Numbered from the stretch's first letter, positions 1 through 13,208 are shown. The stretch is DNA of 64,000 nucleotides from Eledone cirrhosa (GCA_964016885.1 OZ024740.1:64914001-64978000), one strand, 5' to 3'. Notes: generated from the sequence alone by a model not told the origin. Numbers and translations: made by a program.

Positions 1-203
1 TAAATGTGATTTTGGTGTCTTTTCATTTGTAGGTTTTCATTTTGTAATATTCTACCATGAAATAAAGTCTGACATGTACAGAAATCAAAGAATGTAACTT
101 CATATCAGAAACGTATGTACACGAACTGACACACGCATGGACACATGTATACACGTACATTGTGCAGGCAAAAGCATATAGATTGGTATATTATTTGAAT
201 ATT

Positions 204-250
<47 letters not shown>

Positions 251-496
251 TCACATGCCCCCCCCCCCCCCACACACACACGCACATATATATATATATA
301 AAGAATAATAGATGAAATCGAAAATGCAACTGGAGTCTTATTTTAAAAGATATATATATATATTTATTTGGTTCCTTTACCGGTTTCGGAGTTTTTCTGC
401 TTTTCAAAAGTAGAGTTGAGATGGAGGGTCTGTGGTTTTTTTCACATCTGTATATATATATACTCACAAGTATATATATATATATATATATATATA

Positions 497-536
497 CTTT
501 CCGACGGAATTGCTTCATTCACAAACATATATATAT

Positions 537-572
<36 letters not shown>

Positions 573-602
573 GTTTGTGAATGAAGTAATTCCGTCGGAA
601 AG
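497..602. repeat. 32-bp inverted repeat centred on a (TA)n tract (probable PLE-type terminal fragment, extends to ~750)
   Basis: ctttccgacggaattgcttcattcacaaacat (497-528) vs atgtttgtgaatgaagtaattccgtcggaaag (571-602), one mismatch; hairpin gctct...agagcac on the minus strand at 615-640. Confidence 0.7.
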
Positions 603-1173
603 GTACAGGAAAAAGAGTGCTCTATGTAGGCTACAGAGCTTATTAGTTATGTAATAAACAACATAAGATAATTATTTCATTTACCAGTGGTTTGTTGAAA
701 GCAGAATTTGTATCTATTTTCAGCCGTCAGAATGATTAAAAAATATGTTTTTATTAAATATGGATTTGAAAACAAAATTTAAGAAATATGAAAGTGAGGC
801 TGAGGAAAAAACGGCGAAGAAGAAGAGGGGAAAAAGAATAAATATATATATATATATATATATAAACAATAATTATCCAGAACATAAAAATACACACACT
901 CAACCACGCGCATATACTTAAAAAGTACGTAGACGTATACTTTTTCACATAAGCGCATATGCGTCTACAGACAGGGACATACATATACATGAAATAATAA
1001 GAATAAATAAATAAATGAATAAGAACAAAAAAATAAAGGTTAAAAACAAAAAGAGACAGTAGGATGCGTGTTGACAACGGAGAGTATGAGGAGGAAGAGG
1101 GCGGAATGAAAACAACATAACAAATTAAACAAATACACGAGATGTGCATATACATAAATATATATATATATAT

Positions 1174-1878
1174 AATTAAGTTAAAAATGTACATCCATAT
1201 ATGTATACTGAAATACTAGTATGCATATGAATACACACACGTATACATATGTAGATGTACCAAGTCTTTCACTGGTTACTTTACTGTGAGTATCCAGCTA
1301 TTCTGTATGTAAACACACAGACAAACCGGTTTTTAGAGTCATACTGGTTTTTGAGGAAACACCTTTCCTCTATTCTCCAGAAATTTAATTTCGTTTCGTT
1401 ATTTGTTTTTATCGTCTCCGTTGAACCGGTACGTACTCACACTCTATGCAAATTAGTCTGCCCACTACTAATTTTCATAGAAAAAGCATATAACGATATG
1501 TGCTTTTACGATTCTCCAGAGAGGCCGGTAGATAGGTAAATATTGCTGATGAGTTGTAACAACAACGAAACTAGTTCAATATTCCTTGTCTGGCTTTCTG
1601 GAGAATAGAGGAAAGGTGTTTCCTCAAAAACCAGTATGACTCTAAAAACCGGTTTGTCTGTGTGTTTACATACAGAATAGCTGGATACTCACAGTAAAGT
1701 AACCAGTGAAAGACTTGGTACATCTACATATGTATACGTGTGTGTATTCATATGCATACTAGTATTTCAGTATACATATATGGATGTACATTTTTAACTT
1801 AATTGTTTAAGCGTCAGTCATACAAAAGTGAGTTACAAACGAAACGAAATTTAATTTCGTTTCGTTATTTGTTTTTAT
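1174..1878 (+). mobile_element. HHR-bearing non-coding retroelement, family A (~466-bp monomer, ~30-bp terminal redundancy, 210-bp inverted 5' arm)
   Basis: aaatttaatttcgtttcgttatttgttttta at ~1381 and ~1847; 1174-1383 is the reverse complement of 1595-1804; (TA)n on both sides; HHR inside. Confidence 0.8.
1539..1583 (+). ncRNA. Minimal type-I hammerhead ribozyme
   Basis: aatattg-CTGATGA-gttg(taacaa)caac-GAAA-ctag-TT-caatatt: 7-bp stem I, 4-bp stem II, palindromic stem III, GUU site. Confidence 0.85.
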
Positions 1879-3471
1879 ATATATATAAATATATATATAT
1901 ATAAATATATATATATATAAATATATATATATAAAAGAAAAAATATATTAATATATTTATATATATATATATATGCAAAAGTTCTATTTAAATTGTTGGG
2001 ATACAACAAGAAAATATTATTATAACTGATATAAAGCACTCGACAAATATTTGGAGTAGATATACAATATTAATAAATGGAAACTATATTTATAAAACCA
2101 TATTTATTTCATTATATATATTTCAAGGATACCAAGTTAAATCATGGTATGCCTTCATTTTTTTTATTAGATTCATTTTATTTTTTTTTATTAGATTCAT
2201 TTTATTTTTTATTTTTATTTTTTATTAGATTTGTTTTTATTCTGATAGCTTCTCATAATTTTCAAAAGTTTGTCCTCTCAATGTCTTGATTAAAATATAC
2301 GTAATATAAATTTCTATGCTAAATATATTAAACATATTATTTTAACTTGAAATATTCTATAATACTTTGGGATATTTTAGTATTTTGATGTTTGTAGAAT
2401 TTGTTTGCCTTTTAAGTTATATTGATATAATTATATTTCCAAAATATAATCCTTTTGTATTTTATATACTCAATTGTACTATGTTATATGTTGATGTATA
2501 CTTATGTCTATGTACGGCTTATCTATCTATATGTGTGTGTTGACATACATATACATGTGTTATAGGTTTTTTTGTGATTATAGTATTTTTTTTGTGAGTA
2601 TACACGCGTCACAATTGAAGATACACACACATATCTATTCATGTATAGCTAAGAATTATGGGTGTGAATGTACAGGCATACACATGCAGCTTTTGATTGC
2701 AGATATACATAATTTAACAGCCATAAATGCAGAAAAGTTAATCCTATATATTTATATATATATACTAAAATTTTTTAATTAATAACACAAGGAGTGTATA
2801 GCAATAAATAAAACATCACTTATGCTTTGTATGTATACATTGTGTGCGGGAGTAGATATAATGTGTATTTTCTGAGTGAGTGAGTATATATATATATTTA
2901 TGTACCTTTGCCTATGTATATGTGATATACGATGGATAATCTCTCTAGCAATATATATATTTTATAATGTTTAAATTCCAATTTTTAATATATTGATCTC
3001 AATTTTTAAACTAAATATATAATCATAATTAAACAATGTGTAATTTCTCATATTATATATCTATATTCCATTCACGAATATTAATATTTCTAATTTTATT
3101 TATTCATTTCATCTCAATTGTTAACTCAACTTAATATAACATAACTTAAGGTTTTCGTTCTCTCCCCCCTCTCTCTATCTCTGCATATCTCTCTCTTGAG
3201 TTCTTTCTCTGTCTGATGTTTTGATATCTCCCCGTTATTTTTCCTCTGTTCTTTTTTCCTCTGGTCTCTTTTCTTTTTGCTTTCTTCTTTTTCTTTATCT
3301 ATCTTTCCCTTTCTTTTCTCCACGTTTTTCTCTCTCTCTCCATCTTTTTACTTACTCTTAACACTATGACTTACTAAAGTAAACAAACCACTATCCGGAT
3401 GGCCTCCAAAAACAACGGTCACCTTTTTGAAAGGGTACGTCAATATCTATTTGTAAAACTGTTATATATTG

Positions 3472-3536
3472 TATTTTGTCTGATGAAGGCATACCATGAT
3501 TTAACTTGGTATCCTTGAAATGTATATAATGAAATA
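3472..3536 (+). ncRNA. Type-I hammerhead ribozyme (family L)
   Basis: tattttgt-CTGATGA-aggcatacca...tggtatcctt-GAAA-tgtata-TA-atgaaata; stem I with two G.U pairs, AUA site. Confidence 0.7.
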
Positions 3537-3720
3537 AATATGGTTTTATAAATATAGTTTCCATTTATTAAAATTGTATATATATATATATATATATATA
3601 ACGAAGGAAATGTGGTAAGGAACCAGGTGGACCATAACGCACCAAAGTACTCAATACTTAGGGTAGTAGAGTGGGTAATAGGAACAAGTAAGACGCCGAC
3701 GGCTGAGCTCAAGCCGTTTC

Positions 3721-6700
3721 GACTGAATGAAAATTTATTCTGGTATTTAAATAGCCGAGCTTATCAAAGGGTAATTCCATATATGGTCAAAGAGACAATC
3801 ACCAGGATTGGTCACATCACAAGTTAGTAGTAAATCGGTGATGGCAAGTTGGTGGGGGAAGGGGTAGCTAAACCTGCCGGTAGGAGAAAAAGGGAGGGAG
3901 GTGGAGTAGACCCATTCATGCGTTGGTAGTGCCGGCTACAGCTGGGCGTGAGGTCAAATGGATACTGGGGAGGGGGAGGGGGAGGAATTCAAAACGGTAA
4001 GTAGAACAATGAAGGGTTAAACTATAAACAGTACTGAGAGAGAAAAAAAATAAGCAAAGTCTGGTTACTAAGACTTAAGTCTCTCGCTATTGCTAGGCCA
4101 AAGAAATACATAAATAAATAAATAAACAAATACGTGAATAAAAGAATAGATAAATAAATTTAAAAATATATATAATGAAGAATAAATACTAAAGAGACTG
4201 CCACGAAATAATAAAGGTTTCTACCCCAATCACAGGGCCAGCAACCACCCAGTGCAAGAAAGTAAACTAGTACGAGAATATAATTTAGGGTCCCGCAAAA
4301 AAATATTAGTGCTAACTCTAAGGGTACCGCCACGAAACGAAAAGTCTTATACACGCTACATGAAAGATCGTACGAAGTAAAAGTAAAGAACGGAAAATTA
4401 ATACAGAACCCCCCCCCCCCCCCAAACAAAAGGGAAAAAGAATAAAGGAATACTGGATAAACGAGAGATTTAAGCAAAGATGCCACTAAGAAATATAGAA
4501 GCCACGGAAAAAAGGGACATCGGTCGGAGAAGAGGGCAAGTATCCGAAGTCTAACACCTCTGCTATAAAAAGCGGAGTCAGCCAAATCTATCATAGAATA
4601 GGGGAAGGGGGTGGGGGTGTTGAAGCTACAAGGGACCGAGGGGCTACCTCGGGTGGGCGAGAAAAAGACGACGACAAAGAAAAGGAACTGTGGTAGAAGG
4701 ACTAGGGAGGGATGGGGGGAAGAAGGAAATATAGAGGAAGCGATAAAAGAATGTAAAAGAAGATCTTACGTCTCCATTGGCAAGCAGGGTTTACCCATTA
4801 CAAAATAGGCAAGTGGGGTGTTATAGCCCCAGTCTACCCCCCCCCCCCCCCGGGTTATTATGGGGTTTGAGGGCGAGGTAAGTCCTACGTAATCGGTGTT
4901 TACATGCAGTTCATCTTTCTTGTTTAGGAGTTGGTGCGTCGAAAACAGCATTTGTAAAGTTTCCTCCGAGCATAAATTGCACGGACGGCGTCCTCCGGTG
5001 TAAGAGTTGGCTCTGGACAGTAATTTCCAAGTGGGATCATAGTTGATGTTGATATGTTTCCTGCTTTCGGTGGTGGATTGTACCGTGGTGATGGGCTCCT
5101 TACCCTTAAAGGGTACAACCCCAGTAGTACAGATCGGGTCCGTAAACAATGAATCAGCTTCTTCCGCGACTGGGGATTTAAAATAACCCTACAAACGTCC
5201 CTGACCTGAGTTAATTTCCTGGACGTTACCCTTGATCTCAATAATGACCTGTACTACCCATACAGGAAACCCAATGACAACCTGCACTACATCCACCGCC
5301 GATCTAACCATCCTAGAAACCTCACCAACAACCTGGTCAAAAACATCTCCCTCCGCATATCCCGTTTGTCAGCTAACGAGAAGATATTCGATGAACATGC
5401 GCCTTACTACAACCAGGCCCTCAAGCGAAGTGGTTTCCGGGAGGAAATATCCTACTGTCCAGCTCCCATTAGCGGAACCAGCAGGCGACACCGCCGCTCA
5501 CGCAATGTAACATGGTTCAATCCTCCCCACAACGCCGAGGTGACAACTCCCATCGGGAAAATTTTCTTTAGGCTCATTGAAAAACAATTCCCACCACAAC
5601 ACCGCTACCACAACATAATTAACAAAAATACCATCAAACTCTCTTACAGTACTACACCTAACTTCGCACAAAACATCGTCTCCTCCAACAACAAAAAACT
5701 CAACCCCGATGGAAGAAACAACCCAAATAGCAGTGGAGAGCCGACCAGGAGGTGCAATTGTCCTGATAGATCCAGTTGCCCCTCGACAACAGATGCAGAG
5801 ACCGTAATGTGATCTACCAGTGAAACGTGAGCACGGACACCTCCAACAAAGCTTATATAGGATTAACCGCATGTGACTTCAAGACCCGGCTATACCAACA
5901 CAGACATACCTTCCGAAACCCGGCCCGGCGTCACGCCACTACACTTTCGGGCCACATATGGGACCCCAAGGACAACAACATTAACTATGATCTCACTTGG
6001 AAATTACTGTCCAGAGCCAACTCTTACACCGGAGGAGGCCGTCCGTGCAATTCATGCTCGGAGGAAACTTTACAAATGTTGTTTTCGACGGACCAACTCC
6101 TAAACAAGAAAGATGAACTGCATGTAAACACCGATTACGTAGGACTTACCTCGCCCTCAAACCCCATAATGACCCGGGGGGTAGACTAGGGCTATAACAC
6201 CCTACTTGCCTATTTTGTAATGGGTAACCCCTGCTTGCCAATGGAGACGTAAGATCTTCTTTTACATTCTTTTATCGCTTCCTCTATATTTCGTTCTTCC
6301 CCCATCCTTCACTATTCCTTCTACCCCAGTTCCTTTTCTTTGTCGTCGTCTTCTTCTCGCCCACCCGAGGTAGCCCCTCGGTCCCTTGTAGCTTCAACAC
6401 CTCCACCCCCTTCCCCTATTCTATGATAGATTTGGCTGACTCCGCTTTTTATAGCAGAGGTGTTAGACTTCGGATACTTGCCCCCTTCTCCGACCGATGT
6501 CCCTTCTTTCCGTGGCTTCTATATTTCTTAGTGGCATCTTTGCTTAAATTTCTCGTTTATCCAGTATTCCTTTCTTCTTTTTCCCTTTTGTTTGGGGGGG
6601 GGGGGGGGGGGCGTTTCTGTATTCATTTTCCGTTCTTTACTTTTACTTCGTACGATCTTTCATGTAGCGTGTATAAGACTTTTCGTTTCGTGGCGGTAAC

Positions 6701-7303
6701 CTTAGAGTTAGCACTAGTATTTTTTTGCGGGACCCTAAATTATATTCTCGTACTAGTTTACTTTCTTGCACTGGGTGGTTGCTGGCCCTGTGATTGGGGT
6801 AGAAACCTTTATTATTTCGTGGCAGTCTCTTTAGTATTTTATTCTTCATTATATATATTTTTAAATTTATTTATCTATTCTTTTATTCACGTATTTGTTT
6901 ATTTATTTATTTATGTATTTCTTTGGCCTAGCAATAGCGAGAGACTTAAGTCTTAGTAACCTGACTTTGCTTATTTTTTTCTCTCTCAGTACTGTTTAGA
7001 GTTTAACCCTTCATTGTTCTACTTACCGTTTCGAATTCCTCCCCCTCCCCCTCCCCAGTATCCATTTGACCTCACGCCCAGCTGTAGCCAGCACTACCAA
7101 CGCATGAATGGGTCTACTCCACCCCCTCTCGCCTTTTCTCCTACCGGCAGGTTTAGCTACCCCTTCCCCCACCAACTTGCCATCACCAATTTACTACTAA
7201 CTTGTGATGTGACCAATCCTGGTGATTGTCTCTTTGACCATATATGGAATTACCCCTTGATAAGCTCGGCTATTTAAATACCAGAATAAATTTTCATTCA
7301 GTC
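3721..7303 (+). mobile_element. 5'-truncated Penelope-like element (Naiad/Chlamys type) with ~1.33-kb inverted copy of its 3' end
   Basis: 3721-5051 is the reverse complement of ~5976-7303 (same spurious ORF at 4160-4594 minus and 6423-6956 plus); central RT/GIY-YIG remnant. Confidence 0.9.
5053..6189 (+). pseudogene. Degenerate PLE reverse transcriptase C-terminal half + GIY-YIG endonuclease
   Basis: Reads GGGLYRGDGL...VNFLDVTLDL...PYRKPN...SNHP...WFNPP...IKLSYS...CNCPDRSSCP...AYIGLTACDFKTRLYQHRHTF...CNSCSEE; in-frame TGA stops and frameshifts. Confidence 0.9.
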
Positions 7304-7375
7304 CAGAATTAGCCGTCGAAACGGCTTGAGCTCAGGCGTCGGGGTCTTACATGTTCCTATATATATATATATATA

Positions 7376-7800
7376 TGGTGGCTGCCAACTCGTTTTCGAG
7401 TACGGCCACTACTATATATCCATGCAGGAGAAACACTACCGATGCGCTGAACGAGTGTGACTTTTAATCCAGCCAGCGACTTGAAAACTCTGGTACAAAC
7501 ACTACATTTGTGACAATTATTGACACAATGTGCTGGGCCCATGGTACCATGTCACGACAAGTGCAGAGAGATCTCCAGATATAAAGCAATGCCTGTGCCG
7601 TGAAGCTTTTATAGTGAGCAAAGGCACTGCACAAAGCCAGTCCCACTCTCTTAACCAAGATGATATTTACCAAAAAGAAGAACAAGTCAACATCATTGGA
7701 TACCATCAGGGTTGCAGGTGTTATATCAGAGTTTTCCTTCTCCTAGAATTCGGCCTTGACAAAGGCTAACGGGTCATCTCTCCCGGTAAATTTGGATGGC
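7376..7800 (-). mobile_element. Bipartite RTE-derived non-autonomous element (5' UTR joined to 3' zinc-finger end)
   Basis: Near-identical inverted copy at 42293-42700; the 3' part encodes HKCSVCTRVFKSLAGLK, like the last C2H2 finger of the RTE at 49081; the 5' part resembles the RTE 5' UTR at 52690-52950. Confidence 0.7.
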
Positions 7801-7981
7801 CATTGACACATTAAGAGCTCCTTTGCCCTTTGACAGGTTTTGGTTTTAATCCTGCAGGATGTCCAAAGTCATCCTTCTCACCAAGAAACCTTGGTGGGGT
7901 TGCCAGTTTAGTCGCCAACGACCCGACCATGAGACAGGTTGTACTGGGATACATGTTACCAATAGCACCAACTGGTGACCT

Positions 7982-8027
<46 letters not shown>

Positions 8028-8069
8028 CATACGCACGCACACACACATAAACATGCACAAATACGGCCC

Positions 8070-8312
8070 TTTATAATCCGAGTTCAAATCCCGCTGAAGT
8101 TAACTTTGACTTTCATCCTTACGGGGTCGGTAATATAAAGTATCAGTCACGCACTGGGGTCGATTTAATCGACTTTCCCCTCCTCTCAAATTGCTGGCCT
8201 TGTGCCTATATAAAAAACCATTATATAAATAATTGTTTCTACTTTAGGCACAAGGCCATCAATTACCCAGTGCATTACTGGTACTTTATTTTATCGACCC
8301 CGTAAGGATGAA
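8070..8312. mobile_element. tRNA-type SINE (plus, 8070-8225) with a second partial copy on the minus strand (8228-8312)
   Basis: B-box-like gagttcaaatccc followed by the family body tttcatccttacggggtcg...aaagta(c/t)cag...ttgctggccttgtgcc, repeated several times in the window. Confidence 0.75.
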
Positions 8313-8464
8313 ATCCAATGCAAATATGTCAATAATTGCATGATACGATATTTCTAGATAAAGTAAACAGTTTAAAGCATCACCTTGATGGTCAATATTG
8401 GTACCACACTAGATCATATCATTCCTTATCGCATTCGATATGCACACACACACACACACACACT

Positions 8465-8495
<31 letters not shown>

Positions 8496-8526
8496 ACACA
8501 CATATATATATATAAATATATATACA

Positions 8527-8594
<68 letters not shown>

Positions 8595-8595
<1 letters not shown>

Positions 8596-8788
8596 CGAAG
8601 GAAATGTGGTAAGGAACCAGGTGGACCATAACGCACCAAAGTACTCAATACTTAGGGTAGTAGAGTGGGTAATAGGAACAAGTAAGACCCCGACGGCTGA
8701 GCTCAAGCCGTTTCGACGGCTCATTCTGGAATTAGCCAGAATTAGCCGTCGAAACGGCTTGAGCTCAGCCGTCGGGGTCTTACTTGTT

Positions 8789-8791
<3 letters not shown>
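8595..8791. mobile_element. Fold-back HHR-family B fragment (3' half of a hammerhead in both orientations)
   Basis: ccagaattagccgtc-GAAA-cggct(tgagctc)agccg-TC-ggggtc plus its inverted copy; same unit with the same ends at 3600-3723 + 7304-7358, split by the PLE. Confidence 0.75.
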
Positions 8792-8834
<43 letters not shown>

Positions 8835-8858
8835 TTTATATATATATACACATACAAT

Positions 8859-8892
<34 letters not shown>

Positions 8893-8895
<3 letters not shown>

Positions 8896-9607
8896 GTAAA
8901 AGAATGAAACGAAATTTCATTTCTCACTCTTAGTACGGCTGATACCTAAATAAAAGTATGTATACGTACATACATATATGTGTACAGACGCACAGTAGTA
9001 TGTATATATATACATACATGCACACATATATACTTTCCTTATGCATATTAACGGCTGAGCAGCCTAATTTGCATATCGAGTGAGTTAGTCGACCGGGCGC
9101 ACATATATATATATGTATATATATACATACGACTGTACGTCTGTACTTATATATGCATGTACGTATACATACTTATATTTAGGTATCAGCCGTACTAAGA
9201 GTGAGAAATGAATTTCATTTCATTTTTTCCGTTTATCGTTTTCGGTACCCCGGCCGATTAACTCACTCGATATGCAAATTAGGCTGCTCAGCCGTTAATA
9301 TGCATAGGGAAAGTATATACTTTCAAACGTTCAATCATCTTACAGAAAGGTATACGATGCTGACGATAGCTAACAAGCTTGAAACTAGTACATCGTTCCT
9401 GTGTCAGTGTTGAACAAAAGGACGACGATGGTTGCCGAGCACTGCAGGGCGTAATTCGGGCTAATTGTTTACAAACAAACCGAACATTATAATACATGTT
9501 CGGTAAACGCATACGTACATATATATATATATATGTGTGCATGTATGTATATATATACATACATACTACTGTACGTCTGTACACATATATGTATGTACGT
9601 ATACATA

Positions 9608-9610
<3 letters not shown>
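8893..9610 (+). mobile_element. HHR-bearing non-coding retroelement, family C (~437-bp period, two inverted 5' segments)
   Basis: ctgtacgtctgtac...tacatactta repeated at ~9133 and ~9569; 9030-9097 inverts 9250-9320; 8905-9030 inverts the repeat junction; flanked by (TA)n; small piece again at 15061-15090. Confidence 0.75.
9354..9396 (+). ncRNA. Minimal type-I hammerhead ribozyme
   Basis: acgatg-CTGACGA-tagc(taacaa)gctt-GAAA-ctag-TA-catcgt; palindromic stem III, GUA site. Confidence 0.85.
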
Positions 9611-9682
<72 letters not shown>

Positions 9683-9761
9683 CAAAGAAATCGAAAATGC
9701 AACTGGAGTTTTTTAAGAATATTTATTTGTTTCTTTTACCCGTTTCACAGTTCGTATGCTT

Positions 9762-11735
9762 TTATAATGCACTACCACCTCTCCGTCAAAGAAAAAGGGG
9801 AAGAAAGAAAGAAAGGAAGAAAGAAGTAAAAAAGGAAGAAGAAGTCAGCGTAAGGGTCATACTACAATCATGCTAGAAAATGCCGCAAAAAATGCTACTC
9901 CAAAGAATCTATATTTAACAAAGGCATATATAATTGGTGTCTGTATGGTCTAATGTGTGAACCGAAAATTGGAACGTTAAACTTTGTTACGAGTTATAGG
10001 ATGAAATTAAATTAAATTAAAAATTATTAAACTGCAAAATGATAAATTGAAAAATAACTTATTAGAAAATTAAAGGTTAAGGTAGCGAGATTTATTTGAT
10101 GAACTTACATAGAGAGTCTTATATGAAAACATTAATCTCGACAAGATATCTGGATGGGATATAGAGTAAAGATTTCGATTGTGGTTCCCAGCCAGCACTC
10201 CCCAACCATGAGTCAGCCAGTTTCGAGTGGTATCGTCCAGCGAAAGCAATGGAAATTAATTGTTCCGAGTACTCTAGGAACGTAGATACCTTAGGCCTCG
10301 GGAGTGCTAGCGGGAACTCTACAATTTCGACAGGCCATCGAATATTATTAATTCACCAAACGAATATTATTAATTCACACGTGAGGGGTTTATTTACGTG
10401 CCAGTAGAGGCATGATACAGCTAATGGAGTTTATAGGTATAAGTATAATATGGCGGCCAAAACAGGCGGCGCGGTGGGATCGGGGCAAAGCAACCTGCTC
10501 CGAGTAATTTCGTTTATCGAAAGAGGGGAAATTCATTTTTCCGAGCACTCAAGGAAGGCTGAACTTTCCGAGTACCCAGCTCGCAGCCGGGAAAAGCCAC
10601 CACATAAGTCGAAGGTAGCAACCCAATGAAAAGTGCAAATAGACAATAATTATTTTAAAGTCCCAGTTAGTCCGAGTTATAAGTAGTGTGGTTCTTTGGT
10701 GGGTAGGGGGCTATGTAAGGAAAGTTACAAAAAAATAATAAAAGCAGGATACAAAGATAAAATACAAATATAAGGATAAAATACAAAGATAAAGAATACA
10801 TTGATAAAAATACATTAATAAATTAATAAAAGTAAATAAATAGGGATGTAGAAAGAGGGAAGTATATAAGAATGTATCGGAGGAATCACAGTGTAGGGGA
10901 ATACAATATAGATCGAGTTGTCGTAAGATAATACAGGTTGTACATATAGATATAGAGGATGGAAGAGATGGAATGGTAACAGGTGGTACCTAGTGTAAAG
11001 TTCGGGTCTCCGAATTTAGTGCGAGTCACAAAAAGTCCTAATGTATAGAATAGATAATTCAGTCAATACAATACATGTTTTAGTATAATACGTAGAGTTT
11101 TGTCGGAATCGGAATCATCCCGACAAGGAACTAGTATCGGGTGGGCGGTAGATAAAGCACAGAGCAGCCAAAATCCGAATGGTAAGTAGACCAGTTAATC
11201 CCATGCTGTACACTGAAGTCAGTGCGGCTATTCAATATTACATTTGGAAGTGCTCAACATTATTGGAGCATTATTTCTTTAGGTTTGTTGGTTCACCACT
11301 GGATAGATTTGGTCATTCCGTATGGTCAATCTTGGTGTAATATTGTGGAGAGTACTCAACGTAGTGCAGTTCACCCGTCTTCGTTCGTGTAGTTGGTGGT
11401 GCGAATACGGAGTTAATTATAAATAAAATAACAGGAAGCTGGACTGGTGTAAATCCTTGAAAGGTTTATTATGCTATGATCATTTCAATGACCGGGTTCC
11501 ATATGAATCCGGTGATATCATCAGGTATTGGAATATAACAAAGGAATATATAAAAAACCATGGGTCCGAAAAATCAGAGACAGAGACAAAGAGGACGACT
11601 GACCAACTAGCTGCCTTAACCTCGGCCAGTCGCCCTCAAAGTGATGGCAACTGAATCTACTAATGACCATCCGGTGAGGGGGCGAAGGCTTATAATGCAC
11701 TATCACCTCTCCGTCAAAGAAAAAGGGGAAGAAAG
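9762..11735 (-). mobile_element. 1.93-kb non-coding unit with a 46-bp terminal direct repeat and an HHR (solo pseudo-LTR or long retrozyme-like monomer)
   Basis: ttataatgcacta(c/t)cacctctccgtcaaagaaaaaggggaagaaag at 9762-9807 and 11690-11735; no long ORF; HHR ~200 nt from the 5' end. Confidence 0.7.
11470..11530 (-). ncRNA. Type-I hammerhead ribozyme (weak stem I)
   Basis: Minus strand: aatac-CTGATGA-tatcaccggattc(atat)ggaacccggtcatt-GAAA-tgatca-TA-gcata; palindromic stem III. Confidence 0.7.
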
Positions 11736-11736
11736 T

Positions 11737-11774
<38 letters not shown>

Positions 11775-12254
11775 ACTTTGATTTTGAAAGTAGGTTTATA
11801 ATTATTAATTTTCATTATGCTTTTGTAACTGTCTCGGCGACCTATTTGGAGGAATCATAGACGGTGGTGATCCTCGTCTGAAGTTCGATCCTGGTCGGGA
11901 GTAGGGTTACCGGTAAATCTTTCAGTTTTTTTTTCAATGGGATGTAAAATAAAAACAGAAAAAGATTACTTGTACCTCTTGACCAGGATTGAACCCAACG
12001 CCTGGATCTTCACCGTCTTTAACTACATACGGATAATCCAAGAAATCTCATGAAAATTCATACTTATAAACCTACTTTCAAAATATTCGGAACAAAATGA
12101 TGTGGTGTCGTTCATGCCTTTTTTAATGTTATTGCTCCTCCATAGGGTCGACTTCTAAATCATTTGGGTTTTCCATAAACTACATCCTCGTTTTCTTTCT
12201 CATCTATCTAGACTATATGTTAACCTGTAATCCATGTTTCATTTCTGTTGCACC

Positions 12255-12322
<68 letters not shown>

Positions 12323-13122
12323 CCCTCTGTGACATTTGAATCTACTATGATTTAGGCTTACTTTATTCATAGATATATTTTTTTTGCGTGTCAGATTCAA
12401 TCTTACAACGATTGGCATTATAGCAGCGATGTTGCCAACGTATTTACGTTATGGTGGGAGAAGAGACGAAGAGAACTCCATTGCTCTCGTCACGTATTGT
12501 CGTTAGGTAGACAATATTAATATAGTAATAAAAACACCGTCACAAGAAAGTACCAATAAACCTGAATTAAAAAATAGTACAATCGAGAGCATCCAGCAAA
12601 TAGCTAATATCATACACCAGAGTATAAATGTAACCGTTGACTACCCTTCCAAACACCCTAACAATAGACACATAACTCTGGTTAAACACTATAGACGAGA
12701 GGGCCCAAATTCTCCACTCATATTATGCTAAACCTTCAAATACCTGATACTCAAAACCTCAGCAATGTCCAATAGTGCTAAGTTTAATATTCTGATCGCA
12801 GACTTGGTACGAGTGATGAATCAATTGTCAGTACTTTAAATAAAGCTCTCATTGTACAGCCAGCCATATTACTCTTCTTTCTTTAACTATTATTACTCCA
12901 AGTATAACCTGCATAGAAATTACCGCGATCTCGCTGCATAACTATGGAAACATCTTGTTGAATAAAACAAAGCCGTAAGTTAAAACTATCCACGACGCGG
13001 AGTACTCATAACCTCTAACTGAATATCCCAGAACGATAAGTTGTTATCCCATATATATATATATATGAAAGACGTAAAATAAGAAAATTTTAAAAATTAA
13101 AAATCAACTTACTAAAATTTTC

Positions 13123-13208
13123 ACTCCAACTAATTAGTTTCTGTAATGGGATAAATATAGTTACATAATATATATAACTATAGAGAATTCATTACGTCAC
13201 CAGGAAGT
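13123..13208 (-). ncRNA. Hammerhead ribozyme, family D, mutated core (CUGGUGA)
   Basis: Reverse complement of 14236-14321 with a core substitution. Confidence 0.65.

Noticed and set aside
5140-5830. In-frame TGA codons in the Naiad-type ORF as selenocysteine (some Naiads encode Sec); the TGA at 5821 aligns with a Cys in the second copy (VIYQ*NV vs IVYKCKV)
   Set aside because: The other TGAs (5150, 5207) are at non-Cys positions, the conserved zinc-binding cysteines are normal TGY, the copy is frameshifted and I see no clear SECIS. Decay is the simpler explanation, and a family consensus would settle it.
4160-6956. Duplicated hydrophobic 144/177-aa ORF
   Set aside because: It is T-rich PLE 3' UTR duplicated by the inversion; no domain evidence
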